Of a stretch of 64,000 nucleotides of DNA, positions 15,123 to 27,324 are shown in pieces. The translations under genes and the position numbers were made by a program. Origin of the DNA: Octopus sinensis (lineage: Eukaryota); contig NC_043008.1 of assembly GCF_006345805.1 (NCBI RefSeq), positions 32,798,001 through 32,862,000 of the forward strand, in the 5' to 3' direction. Numbering within the stretch: position 1 is the stretch's first letter; every line of letters begins with the position of its first letter. A model generated the notes under the pieces. It did no database searches and was not told where the DNA came from. It saw only the letters and a list, made by a program, of their open reading frames with translations.

Positions 15123-15672
15123 AAGGCAACGAACTGGCAGAAACGTTAGCACGCCGGGCGAAATGCTTAGCGATATTTCGTCTGCCGCTACGTTCTGAGT
15201 TCAAATTCCGCCGAGGTCGACTTTGCCTTTCATCCTTTCGGGGTCGATTAAATAAGTACCAGTTACGCACTGGGGTCGATATAATCGACTTAATCCGTTT
15301 GTCTGTCCTTGTTTGTCCTCTCTGTGTTTAGCCCCTTGTGGATAGTATATAAATAGGTATTTCGTCTGCCGTTGCGTTCTGAGTTCAAATTCCGCCGAGG
15401 TTGACTTTGCCTTTCATCCTTTCGAGGTCGATTAAATAAGTACCAGTTACGCACTGGGGTCGATGTAATCGACTTAATCCGTTTGTTTGTCCTTGTTTAT
15501 TTTCTCTGTATTTAGCCCCTTGTGGGTAGTAAAGAAATAGGTATTTTGTTTGTCTTTACGTTCATTCTTTCAGGGTCGATAAATTAAGTACCAGTTGCGT
15601 ACTGGAGTTGATCTAATCGACTGGCCTCTTCCCCACAAAAAATTTCGTGCCTTGTGTCTAGAGCAGAAAAGA
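15123..15672 (+). mobile_element. SINE family A, three tandem domain copies
   Basis: cctttcggggtcga.taaa.taagtaccagtt block repeated at ~15230, ~15415, ~15570. Confidence 0.85.
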
Positions 15673-17334
15673 AAAGAATAAAGAGTTACGCTGAGTGGTG
15701 ATACGACTAGATAGCCAATACGCTAACAAAAGATCTCTGTGAGACTACAAAGGAGTCTTGATGTAATCCCTTGACCTGCAAGAAATTGCAGCGTAATGTC
15801 TTCCAAATCGTACTCATCTGTCTTAAAATTGACACACATAATATAATCCTTGATACGCTACCATTTACTTGCTTCAGTCATTGGATTGCGGCATGCTGAG
15901 CCATTTCCTTGAAGGATTTAGTCAAAGAAATCGACCCCAGTACGTATTTTTTTTAGTCTAGTACTTCTATCGATCTCTTTTGCCTGTTCCCTAAGTTACG
16001 GGAATGATATTAAACGAACACTATTTGTCGAATTGTGAAGGAGACAAACACAAAGACAGACAAACACACAGACGACGGGCTTTCACACAGTTTCGTCAAG
16101 TTCACTCATATGGAGCTGGTCGGCCCAACTCCTTTTGACACTTACTTAAGGTACTGCGCAGTAAGACTGAACCCGAAACTACATGGTTGCAAAGCGAGCT
16201 TCTTAACTACAGGATCGTCATCTCTGAAACCCGTCTTTTTTCTTCTTCTTTTTTTTCATCTACGTTTACTAAATCGTCTTTGGTCAGAGCTGACATGGAC
16301 CTAAACAAGAACAATTAGAGAGAAAACTCTAACTTCACTAACACAGAGGAGAGCTGGAAATGAAACAACAATCCTGGGTCAGTTTAACCTAGCATGCTAC
16401 AGTTCCTACTTTGTTAAAGTTGATATCATGTGTATGTTAATATGATTGATTCCAGATTGTAGCATAAACTATACAATTCTAAAGGAGCATATACTGTCTG
16501 CACAGCAAATGAAATTAAGAGCAGGGAAAAATCAGCAATATATTTAAGTATAATTTCAGTAACCATCATTATAACCTAAAGGTAAAGTTTCGGGTTGCAA
16601 GTAACCAAGAGTCATAGGGCTTTTGGCATTAAAAATACAATAATATAATGATAAAATACTCAGCAAACGCTGCCATTCAGATTTGTATTTTACATAATGT
16701 AGTCTTCGAAGGTATGTGATCTATGGATTAGTGTTGAGCTTACGCTCGCAAGACCGTGATTTCGAATTACCAGATATGGTAGTGCACTTTTATTGACAAG
16801 CAAAACACTTCATTTGATCTTGCTCCAATTCACTTAGCTATAAATGAACGGACTTAGCATCCTCTTGAGGGGAGTGGGGGCATGTTGTGATCACTTATAC
16901 TCCATCGTAACTGAGTAAACATCCCTATGATTCTTTAGACTCAAAACTATACTCAGCCTTGCTCGATTCTAATAATGGAGAACCTGAGATAAGGGTAAAA
17001 AGGTCATAAATGAAAGATTTTTTATATATATAATAACGCTTCTCCATCAAGCCTGAACTGAGATTAATCAATAACAACTTTTATGTTATCCAATGCTGAA
17101 AGACGAAAGCCAAAGTCGCTCACGCTGGGTTTCGCATGGCGAAAAGAGGGGTAACTAAATACCTCAGTACATTTCGTCTGATGCTCCACCGAATCTGCCG
17201 ACCTACCGTCTCTTGGTATATAGAATGTTACATCATATGGCAAATTTATGCATTTATATTTACATAACTGCATTTGCGTTTTTAATCGGCTGAAGTTACT
17301 AAGTGACTCAAGGCCAAGAGTTTCGTTCATTCTT

Positions 17335-17915
17335 TTCTTTTATTCTTTTATTTGTTTCAGTCATTTGACTGCGGCCATGCTGTAGCACCACCTTTTAGTC
17401 GAGCAAATCGACCCCAGGACTTATTCTTTGTAAACCTAGTACTTATTCTATCGGTCTCTTTTGACGAACCGCTAAGTTACGGGGACGTAAACACACCAGC
17501 ATCGGTTGTCAATTAAAAAGCATGTATTTGAATATATGTTATTGTATACATGCGTATATATGTATATGTGTGTATATATGCATGCGTATATGTGTATGTG
17601 TGTATGTATGTGTATATGTGTGTATATGTATGGGTGCATGTGTATGTATGTCTGTATTTATTTGTATGTGTGTACGTATGTGCGTATAAGCTTGTATATA
17701 TGCATGTGTGCGTGTGCATATATACATATATACATTTTTCACTTGTTTCAGTCATTTGACTGCGGCCATGCTGGAGCACCGCTTATTCTTTGCAAGCCTA
17801 TTACTTATTCTGTTGATTTTTTTTGCCGAACCACTAAGTTACGGGAACATAAACAACACACCGACATCGGTTGTCAAGCGATGGTGGGGTAACAAACACA
17901 AACACAAATACATAT

Positions 17916-17962
<47 letters not shown>

Positions 17963-18110
17963 CACGACGGGCCTTTTTCAGTTTCCGTTTACCAAATCCA
18001 CTCACAAGATTTTGGTCGGCCCGAGGCTATAGTAGAAGACACTTGCCCAATGTGCCACGCAACGGGACTGAACCCGGAACCATGTGATTGGGAAGCAAGC
18101 TTCTAACACG

Positions 18111-18112
<2 letters not shown>
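17335..18112 (-). mobile_element. SINE family B: one 3' fragment and one near-full copy separated by microsatellite
   Basis: ttgtttcagtcatttgactgcggccatgct at ~17352 and ~17743; head ends ~18112. Other B pieces near 7720-7868, 9455-9545, 10630-10790, 11200-11300, 15865-16210, 27160-27290, 39195-39595, 43780-43950, 46320-46430, 59828-60320. Confidence 0.8.
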
Positions 18113-18148
<36 letters not shown>

Positions 18149-18394
18149 TTAAATTCATATTTATCAACTCCTCCTTTTCTAATTATTTATTAAATTATCC
18201 GGGGCCGTATCACTGAAGCTTCCTCTTCCCCCTCCAATAATCCTTACAACAGTAACATCGATGAGCCACTTATGGAGGTCTTTATGTAGTCATTCCATAT
18301 TCTAGAAATAGCAGCTAGCTCTGCAACATAAATTACATGTTATGGACGATCAGGGTGTTGACCTATAGCTATGGGAAAGATTCGGCTCCTGCTG

Positions 18395-18404
18395 CTGCTG
18401 CTGT

Positions 18405-18441
<37 letters not shown>

Positions 18442-18881
18442 GTATCTTACATTATGAGATAATACTGACTCCAACATTATAACCGGGTAATACCACATCT
18501 ATTACTTGCTCATCATTAACAGCAGCAGCAGCAGCAACAGCAGCAGTAGCAGCACTACCATGCTCACTAACACCACCACCATCATTATCATCACTGTTAT
18601 TATCTCTACTGCCCGCTAACATTACAGGATAATCGTAAGCAACACCACCACCACCACCACCACCGTTACACTCATCATCGTCATCTCAGTCAATCAACAA
18701 GAACAACTACACCAAGACAAGTAGCTCGTTGGCATCTCGCTCAACGACTTAAAAAAGTTATTTCTCCGCCTGCCACACGAAACAGGTGAAAGCAGGCGAA
18801 CAGAACCAATCAAGTTAGGTGTAAAAACAGCTGAACAAGCGTAAAGCATCGGAAATATAGCAGTGTAGGAATAGTAGTAGC

Positions 18882-18923
<42 letters not shown>

Positions 18924-19046
18924 TGTAGTAGTAGTTGTAGTAGTAGTAGTAGTAGTGGCAGTAGTAGTAGTGGCAGTAGTAGTAGCAGCAGCAGCAGCAA
19001 GAGAAATAGTCTAACAACAACAACAAATAATAATAATAACAATAAC

Positions 19047-19100
<54 letters not shown>
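18395..19100. repeat. Compound trinucleotide repeats (CTG/CTA/CAG/CAC/TAG/AAT)
   Basis: Directly visible. Confidence 0.9.
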
Positions 19101-19490
19101 TTTGGTACAAGGTCAAAATTTCAGGGGAGGGGACAAGTCGATTACATCCCCGCCCCAGTATTTAACTGGTATTTGTTTCATTGACCCAGGAAAGATGAAA
19201 GGCAAAGTCGACCTCCGTGGAATTTGAACTCAGAGCGTGAAGACGGACGAAATGCCGCTAAGCATTTTGCCCGGCTTGCTAACGATTTTGCCAACTCGCC
19301 GCTAACATTCATTTCAAATTTTGGCACAAGGCCAGCAATTTCGGGGAAGGGAATAATTCGATTACACCAATTTCCAAAAGGATGAAAGGCAAAGCCGACC
19401 TCGGCGGAATTTGAACTCGGAACGTAAAGACGGGCGAAATACCGCTAAACATATAACCCGGGGCGCGCTAACGATTTTGCTAGCTCACAG
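19100..19490 (-). mobile_element. Two adjacent SINE family A copies
   Basis: gaaaggcaaagtcgacctc..gaatttgaactc..gctaacgattttgc twice. Confidence 0.8.
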
Positions 19491-19495
19491 TGTTA

Positions 19496-19602
<107 letters not shown>

Positions 19603-20083
19603 TAAAAATAATAACTGGAATTCTCTAGAGGCAGATATTGCAAATTGATCAATAATAGGTAACGGCGAATTCCCGCTGACACACTCCGCTTGCAGCATCA
19701 CGCTGATATTTAAGATCTTTGAAGCTATTTCATATTGTATGTATATATATATATATATAAATATATATATATGTGTGTTTTAGTTCCTGTCAACAACACA
19801 CTGGCAGACAAAATATTTTATCTTCAACAAGATACACACTCAAGCAAACACATACATACTGAAATACACACACACACACACACACAGACACACACACAGA
19901 CACACACAGACACACACACACACACACATACAAACACACAGATATATATGCAAGTATGTACATACTTACTGGCGTGGTGGCAGGCGCAGAGCCAGTGACA
20001 TTTAAATTGGCAGCCACGTTAAAATTGAAACGGCATTTACAAGCCAGATCAAAAACAAACAAAAACGGCACAATGTAACGGTA

Positions 20084-20151
<68 letters not shown>

Positions 20152-20554
20152 TAATAATAATAGAAATATTCTAATGATATTAATTATAAGATATGTATAT
20201 ATAGAAAAGTGCAAACTAGTGTCAACATTAGACTTGTAAAATGCCAGAGAAAGAAAACAAGGAAGTGTTGGAATTAGTTTCACTATACCCATGATGCTGA
20301 TAATGATGCTGGGGATTTCACGGACGGTTTCGATAATGATGATGATGATGGTGGTGGTGGTGGTGGTGGTGGTGGTAGCATAAATGAAAAATAATGAAAA
20401 AAAATTGAAGATAATGAAGTGAACGTATTGAAATGAAAATGAATTTTCTTGCAGAAAAAGAAAAAAAAAACAATTATTAAATTTGAAACAATAATTGTAT
20501 TATAATTGTAAGGAATTGTAAATTAAAGAAAGATTAAAAAAAAAAAAAGAAATC

Positions 20555-20588
<34 letters not shown>

Positions 20589-20658
20589 GTATCATGACGA
20601 CGATGGTGGAGAGTGTGAATTAGAAATAGAAAACTGTTGCTGGATCGTTTTTTGTATA

Positions 20659-20722
<64 letters not shown>

Positions 20723-20735
20723 CAACAACAACAAT

Positions 20736-20805
<70 letters not shown>

Positions 20806-20830
20806 GCACAAACAATAATCATTATTATTA
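20555..20830. repeat. (GAT)n, (AAT)n, (AAC)n
   Basis: Directly visible. Confidence 0.9.
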
Positions 20831-21442
20831 TATAGAACACTGCAGCCTTTTCGGATTTCAAATGTGGATTGCTTGATTTTTTTAAGTGGAAAACATTGTT
20901 ATTATTGACAGGTGAGTATTATTTTTTTAGGTTTTCTTTATACATAATTTTCATCGTAATGTTATCATCATCTGTGTGTGTGTATGTGTGTGTATGTGTA
21001 TTTGTGTGAGTGTAAGAGAGAGAGAGAGAGAGAGAGAGTCAGTCGACAGGATCAAATTACACTTACACATTCACACACGTACAACCATCCATCCATCCAT
21101 ACATACCTACATATACATGTATTCGTTTGTGTATGTGCGTGTTGAACGTGCACACTCTTGTATGAATATACTCTTCGGTATGTGCTTACCATGTGTCGTC
21201 GTTTTTATTGTTTAACCCCTGGCCAACTCGGATCAAGCAGACCTCTGATCAACGGACTTTTAACTATGACCTTCCTCTCTTTTTGTTATCTTCGACTACG
21301 TTGTCGAGGATAATAAATTGTAGTGTTTGTGTGTATGTGTGTGTGTGTATGTGTGTGTGTGTATGTGTGAGTGTGTGTTTGTGTGTAAGATACCCAGGCA
21401 TGTTTGTATAGGTATATATGTATACAACTGTTTGTCTGTGTG

Positions 21443-21475
<33 letters not shown>

Positions 21476-22589
21476 GTGTGAGTATATATATATTTGTGTG
21501 TAAATATATATGTGTGTGAGTGTGTGTACACATATATTTGTGTATATATATGTATGTATATATATGTATATATATATATGTATATATATATATGTATATA
21601 TATATATGTATATATATATATTGTGTGTGCGTGTATGTATGTATGTATGTATGTATGTAAGTATGTATGTATGTATATATGCATGTATGTATGTATGTAT
21701 GTATTTATGTATGTATGTATGCACATATGTATGTATGTATGAGTGTATGTATATAAGCAAGTGCTGTAAATAAATAAACACCTCTTCAGTCAATATACAC
21801 AAAATAATGAGAAATGATTTTAAGATACGATGGAGTGGAACAAAATAACGCCCAAGTTATAAAAACACAGAGATTACAAATAGTTTCTATGATTTACAAA
21901 TATCTTTCCTTATTTATAAAAACAACGCAGAAAACACTAGTTATTATTGTTGACTAATAAGGCTGTTTCTGTTTATGTCAATCCAATTGACATGAGAGAT
22001 ATAAACAGAGTTATCGTGATGCTTTCATTACATGTTTGAATAACCAATCTGTTTCGGTGATCTTAATATGCAGGATTGTCGTTGCTTGATCCTGGGTTAG
22101 TATAGCTTAAGTAGAAGTATGATCAAGAAGTTTCTAACCGTCACCAGCCAAATTTGATCTGCTGTCATGACCAGCGTATCCGAAACTACGTTCATTGTTG
22201 AATGTGTTCTTTTTTTGTAAGACATCAGTGCATAGCGTGAGGGAGATTTGGCTGCCATGTATAAGACATAAAGCGACTATATAGAGGCTTCTCTTTTAGT
22301 TCATACAATGCAAGGTACACATCACTAGTTACAAATCAAGTATACAAAGTTTACCTAAGGTTTATAAAGAGATCTACTGTATGTAACTGAACTATAACAT
22401 TGTATAAATGACGAGTTTCATTAGATGGGTCTATTCTCATGAGTTTGTAGCATCTAATGAACAACACTCAACGACAACTTAGCTACTTTACCCCGAGGAA
22501 GAGTGCTGAGAGGGGAATATGTTGAATAAAATGATAATTAACTTAACGTCCTATATCTTCAGCCCCACCCCGTACGTGTATATATATAT

Positions 22590-22635
<46 letters not shown>

Positions 22636-22639
<4 letters not shown>

Positions 22640-23473
22640 ATGCGATGGGTAAATTGTCACCATTTTATATTTTTAATTTCGCGCATGTGCATGGTTTGCT
22701 TTTGATTTTGTCGACTACACAGTATAGTAGGATCAGTTGGGCACCGTCTGTGAGGAAAACAGCACCATGGCGCAATTCACTCTGCCAGAAATTTGGAAAC
22801 GACATACTGTACTGCTTGTCATTTGCGCCGGAAGCTCCAATACGAAGAGATGGTGAACACACAGAACAACCGTTGGTTTGTCGTGTCCCCAAAACATGTA
22901 CCGAGAGTTATAAAAATCAAACATCCAGTCAACATTATGGTATTTGGAGTGATGGCGACGTTATGTCCCCATTCATCTTCCCACACGGGATCTTCCAGCA
23001 GCCATATTCTTGAGTGTGGCTGCTGGAAGACCTTATGTCTGGCAACAGGACTATGCATCATATCACATAAGCAGGAGAACCCAGTCATGATTATCAGACA
23101 ATTTCGGCGACCACATTACCCCTAACGTCTAGCTTCCTAACTTCCCAGAATGCAACTCCCTTGATTGTTATGTGTGGGGCGCAGTTGAGCGTGAGTCCAG
23201 CAAAACTCCTTATAATACCAAAGATGAATCGAAGGCAAGGATTGTGGCAGCATTCACCAACTTAAACAAGGAGACAGTCAAGAAGAGTTACAGGAGATTT
23301 CGAAGTCGTCTGGAGGTCGTTGTTGAAGCCAATGGCGATTTTATTGAATAAATTTACTCGTTAGTATTTCAAGATATTTGGATGTAATTTTGATATATAC
23401 ATCTGTTAAAATAAGACGCAGTGTTATTTTCATCTTTGCGTAATTTAGACGACAATATATTCACCACACCCTG
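22636..23473 (+). mobile_element. Internally deleted Tc1/mariner DD37D (maT-like) transposon with degenerate ~26-bp TIRs and TA flanks
   Basis: ATG 22767 MAQFTLPEIWKRH; later MVNTQNNRW...KHPVNIMVFGV; C-terminal frame GRPYVWQQD...(37 aa)...NSLDCYVWGAVERE...RLEVVVEANGDFIE* (stop 23349-23351) with 2 internal stops. Ends tataggatgcgatgggtaaattgtcacc vs reverse complement tacagggtgtggtgaatatattgtcgtc. Confidence 0.85.
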
Positions 23474-23507
<34 letters not shown>

Positions 23508-23549
23508 CATACATATATACATACATACATACATACATACATACATACA

Positions 23550-23581
<32 letters not shown>

Positions 23582-23667
23582 CATACACATGCATAAACAT
23601 ATGTTGTATATCTAAAAGTCTACATATATATATATTTATATATTTATATATTTATATATTTATATAT

Positions 23668-23704
<37 letters not shown>

Positions 23705-23931
23705 CTTTATTTAAAGCAGCAGAAAATTCAACAAAACCTGTTACTCTGAGTTTCCCGTTGCCGTTTATCGGACAGTTTTTCTAGCAAAAACTGTCCGATG
23801 AACGACAACGGGAAACTCAGAGTAACAGGTTTTGTTGAATTTTCTGCTGCTTTAAATAAAGCATATTACTCTACCACTGGTATTTGAGTACTCTTTTTTT
23901 CCACCTTGTTTCACATTTATGTGTTTACTCC

Positions 23932-23935
<4 letters not shown>
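23705..23935. mobile_element. Hairpin element: 76-bp arms (23705-23780 / 23786-23861), 5-nt loop, unique tail to ~23935, flanked by (TA)n; arm encodes an HHR variant
   Basis: Arms match at all but 2 positions. Right arm (+): CTGT-CCGATGA-ACG[ACAA]CGG-GAAAC-TCAGA-GTA-ACAG (23791-23828). Confidence 0.8.
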
Positions 23936-23968
<33 letters not shown>

Positions 23969-24689
23969 TTGCGAGAGAATTGGAAGTGGGGTGAATGAAA
24001 CTTACGAAAATGTTATGATAATAAGATCAAAACCAAACCGAAATTCGGTGCTAAAAGCTGTCCTACGCCTTCAAAACAAAAATCAGATTGTCCATTAAAC
24101 TCGGCATTCAGTTTATTCTTAATTTATTGAAATTAAATCTCATCACTCAGGGCTTTGCATAATTGGCACCAAGTTTTTATTTTCCGTTTCATCCATGAAG
24201 GATATTTAAATAATTTGTTGTGTATGGCTTTCAGTGTCTTCGTTAGTGTCTGCGTGTCTGTGTTTGTTGTAAAATCGAAAAATCCAGGATCACTACATTC
24301 CCACACTTCTTCTGAATTACTGTGCTTTTATTTTATCCGCATATCTATACATTTATGTGATCGTGTGGCGTCGCCGGGTAGCTCACACTACATTCTTTCT
24401 CCGACATTCTGTATAGCACCAAACATCTCTCTTTCAAAACAACACATACTTCACGCCGCTTCTTACATTTCCCCTTTTATCGCTCTCCGAAACCGCATTT
24501 CATTCTCACAACTTTTCATTCATTACATACTCCTCTTCTTTCATCTTCTCACATTTTAACTTATTCACTTCTTGCTTACTAAAAATACCCTTAACATTAT
24601 TACCATGTCAAAACACCTTTCTACAAAACTTCAAAAATTATTCAATCCACAGAACAGCTATCCATTTTCTTCTCCATTCACTATTCCTG

Positions 24690-24795
24690 GAAGAGTCGGG
24701 AGGGTAGAGTCCTCAGGCACCTTCTGAGAGTTTACAGCTCCGTTCCTACGGGCAAGTAATTAGAATGTCGCAGGAAAGAATAGGATTCTTCAAAC
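24690..24795. mobile_element. Small RTE 3'-end fragment made of two oppositely oriented pieces
   Basis: 24690-24745 on minus matches the 53420 RTE terminus (agaaggtgcctga[ga]gact); 24745-24795 on plus reads LQLRSYGQVIRMSQERI. Confidence 0.45.
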
Positions 24796-25184
24796 TGAGC
24801 AAAAGGAAAAGAATTAGAAATCAAACTTTCTAGTTGCCATGGTGTACAGAACAACAGGGCTTGCCCTACCTCTCCAGTATTTCTAATGTGATAATTGGTT
24901 TTTATCGTATACGCATAAATTCAAATCAAAAACGACTGTATGACTTCAATCGTAAAAGTGTTAAAATAGTTTCCGCACATGTGACATTAACTTTTTATGC
25001 TAAATATGGTACTCCAATTAATATATTCTTCTTCGGATTTAGTTAAACATGGCTTATTCTCACGTCTGAAGGCATTTCTATATGATTAGAATATGTAAAA
25101 CAAATTGATCAATATACCGTATGTTAACTTTCCTGAAAAACATTGAGGAATAAACTTATCATCTTTTAATATTGAGTCTACATT

Positions 25185-25490
25185 AGACCTCATTCTGACT
25201 TGCAGCACTCAGCAGCGAACCCATGCAGTGCATACTGGAGATCACCTCTTGATGAACCAAGTAGCAAATATCGGTGACCAGTCTTACACCCACCGATTGA
25301 TTATGATATCACTTTCACAACTGTTGCGCATGTCTATCCAGTTCATAAAAATTATGAAGAGGCGAGGTGACAAAACGTCCCCCTGCTGAAGTCCTACAAT
25401 GTATCAGTGTCATTTACCCGAATACAAACATCTGAGCATTCGTATAGGGACTTCATGTCATTGAGAAATCACAGCTCAGGTCAAATTATC
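25185..25490 (-). mobile_element. RTE-clade LINE reverse-transcriptase fragment
   Basis: Minus translation MKSLYECSDVCIRVN..GLQQGDVLSPRLFIIFM..LLGSSRGDLQYALHGFAAEC (RT domains 4-6). Confidence 0.7.
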
Positions 25491-25559
25491 GACGTGGTGG
25501 AAAGCATTGTCGTGTCGAAGAAGCACGTCGTGTAGTCGGTCGGATCGTTTCAGCTGAAT

Positions 25560-25885
25560 TTCTCATTGTATAAAGGTGATTTGCGACGGTATCATGAGAG
25601 TCTCCCATTTGGTGGGTTGAATTCTCGAGTGAATTGATGTAGATCCTGGATGAGATGGTTCAATCTGTTCTCAATGAATTGATTAGGCCGACCGGAATAA
25701 GGAGAGTCTGCGAGGTCGACTTTCCCCTACTTGAAGCATGAAAGCCATTTGTGTGAAGTTCTTTTAGTAATAACAGCTCCGTACGCAGCACAAATGTCTT
25801 CAGCAAGCTTTGGAATCTTGACTGAAAGCGAAGAAGCGCAAGCGTCAAAAATGTTCATTTTTATTCTACTTGATACTCTATCATC
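25560..25885 (-). pseudogene. Mariner transposase N-terminal (HTH) relic
   Basis: Minus translation with stops and frameshifts: EYQVE..NEHF*RLRFFAFSQDSKA..AEDICAAYG..TKRTSHKWLSCFK*GKVDLADSPYSGRP..., matching mariner W(F)xRFKxGxFDLxDxPRSGRP. Confidence 0.75.
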
Positions 25886-26748
25886 ATGTGCATGAAGAGA
25901 GGTAAAATTTGTTCAAATTTCCAAAACGGTAAACAAAAAGGAAGACTAGAAATACAAACAGAAATCTAAAGCAGTAATGTTATTGCAATTTAATAATTAT
26001 ATTTATTAGCTAGTCTGCAGCAGAGACGTCTGTAAACTAGAGGAAAAAGTAAAGGAATGCCAATAAGATGCAAAGTAACATTTTGTTGAGTTCATCAGTT
26101 AATAGGTACCTTTATGATTCTTTCGAGAAATATCAGGTTTAGTACGGTTAAAGTGACTTCAATTAAATAAAATTAAACTTAATTACGTCAGACGCAATAA
26201 TTAAGGATTTGATTAGAAATTAGTTAGGAAAAGAGTATTTAGTATATTCCATTGTAGGTAAATTAAGAAGAAAGCGGAAAAATCGTTAATTATACAACTT
26301 AGGCATTCGTTTTACTTATTTATACCCAGTTAAGTTCATTATGTGAGATTTTTGTACTCTTTTATGGTCTATTATAGGTAGTGCTCTTCCTTATAAAGGG
26401 GGGCGGTGCAATTGTAATTTATACCCGGTAAAGACGTTTGAATTACTCAATTGTGAATCCAACCTAATTAGCAAACATAGCGTGCTATTAATTCGCTTTC
26501 TCATACATCAAAACATTCTTCAAATATCTACACACACGGCTTTGGTCGGCCCTACAATATAGTAGAAGACTATACAGATATAAATACATGTATACATACA
26601 CATATATATACATACACATATACATATATACATACATACATACGTATATACGTACAGTTCCACTCAAAATTGCTTTAAAATCTTGTTTGTGATTTGTAAC
26701 TGTATTTTTTATGCACGTTTGCGTGTGCACGCAAATGCACACACATTA

Positions 26749-26784
<36 letters not shown>

Positions 26785-26786
26785 TG

Positions 26787-26853
<67 letters not shown>

Positions 26854-27285
26854 TATAATCACCTACTGAGTGAAACATTATTTATGACATTTTCAATGTT
26901 GACGTTACGACACGGAAAGGAAGTTTCCTTTCGGAAATTCTTCCACTCATTGTCCAATCGCCTTCCTTTTTTTGTGCTTCCGGTATTTAAGTCCTATTGA
27001 TATCGTCTGCGTTAATGATAGTTTCTTCACAGTTTAAATTACGTGACTTGCTGTTAATATTGAATTTGCCCTGCACTGATGTACCCTGATCAGATGTCCG
27101 GGTTTGTGACAACAAATTCCCTATTGTTGTTGTTGTTGTTGTATTTGATCTTCATGTTTTTAATCTTTTACTTGTTTTAGTCGTTGAACTGCAGTCATGA
27201 TGGAGCATCGCCTTGGACAATTTCAGTTGAAAACATCGACCGCTTTTTTTAAAGTCTGGTATATTATCGGTTTTATTTGCCGAAC

Positions 27286-27324
<39 letters not shown>

